From Camelus dromedarius (taxonomy: Eukaryota), in assembly GCF_036321535.1 (NCBI RefSeq), contig NC_087437.1:41790001-41854000 (forward strand): 64,000 nucleotides of DNA, in the 5' to 3' direction. Below are positions 63,346 to 64,000 of the stretch, in pieces (the stretch's first letter is position 1; each line of letters opens with the position of its first letter). The position numbers and the translations under genes were made by a program. The notes below the pieces were generated by a model. That model ran no database searches. It had not been told where the DNA came from and was given only the letters and a program-made list of their open reading frames with translations.

Positions 63346-64000
63346 TTAAATGAGAAATGGTGATAAGATTGGTTTAACATATGAAAATCAATCCTATCAG
63401 TAGAGTTAAAAAAAAAAACCCATATGATTATCTCAATAGATGCAGCAAAAGAATCTGACAAAATTCAATACCCATTCTTTATTTAAAAAGAAAACAAAAC
63501 TCTAAACCACAAGTAGAAACTTCCACAATTTGAAGAGGGCATCCCTACAGCTCACGTCCCTATACCTGACATCACTGTTAATGATGGGAGATGCAAAAAG
63601 CAAGGGTATCTATTCCTTCCACTTCTATTCAACACTGTAGTGGGAGGCCTAATCAGTAGAATAAAGTGAGAAAAAGAAATAAAAGGCAAGCAGATTGCAA
63701 AGGAAGAAGTAAAATTGTATTTACTCACAGAGAACATAATCATGTACATGGAAAAGGTTAAGAAATCTCCAAAAACACTACAAGATCTAAGTTTAGGAAA
63801 ACTACAGGAAACCATGTTAGTATACAAAAATCAATTGTCATATTAGCCACAATTAGAAATTGAAAATTTTAAATACCACTTACAACAGCATCAAAAACAT
63901 AATATACTTAAGGAAAATTTAAACAAAAAACAAACTAGACTCATACACTGAAAATTACAAAAGACTACTCAGAAAATTAAAGAAGGCCTCCATAATTAAA

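Larger units (their letters stand above)
60675..64000 (+). mobile_element. Fragmented old L1 (L1MC/MD-type 5' UTR, ORF1 remnant, ORF2 EN and RT remnants) with nested insertions
   Basis: 5' UTR-like sequence at 60675-61500. EN start (ataattacattaaaattaaatggcccaaac) at about 61780. RT motif HMIISIDAAKESDKIQYPF at 63421-63477, and a decayed FADD region (KLYLLTENIIMYMEK) at about 63712-63756. Confidence 0.85.

Noticed and set aside
1..64000. CRISPR arrays, operons, prokaryotic or viral genes, NUMTs, CpG-island promoter
   Set aside because: None seen. There is no regularly spaced repeat-spacer array, no long ORF, and no mitochondrial-like or CpG-island-scale segment.

Overview
This is AT-rich, CpG-depleted mammalian DNA, most likely from a camelid (alpaca, llama or camel). 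Five copies of a tRNA-derived SINE match the camelid Vic-type pattern (GGGGAGGGTATAGCTCAGTGGTAGAGTGCATGCTTAGCATGCAC...GGTTCAATCCCCAGTACCTCC). They occur with cetartiodactyl-type L1 3' ends, and I recognised no Alu, B1, BovB or PRE1 elements. I can support no protein-coding gene, so the window looks intergenic or deep-intronic. Much of it is transposon-derived: L1 of several ages, L2, MIR, MaLR/ERVL solo LTRs and hAT/Tigger MITEs, with several nested insertions. The listed ORFs are repeat remnants, microsatellite artefacts or chance ORFs. The best observations are (1) a SINE-L1 chimera at 24887-25420 inside a single 17-bp target-site duplication (TSD), with the junction at a Pol III-like TTTT terminator; (2) a tailless, 3'-truncated U2 snRNA retrocopy with its own TSD; (3) a CArG/E-box/CArG/MCAT muscle-type enhancer candidate near 25.9-26.3 kb; and (4) several repeat-free islands with motif clusters and splice-like signals that may be enhancers or lncRNA exons. 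Repeat subfamily names come from remembered consensus sequences, and boundaries are approximate unless a TSD or terminal inverted repeat (TIR) fixes them.
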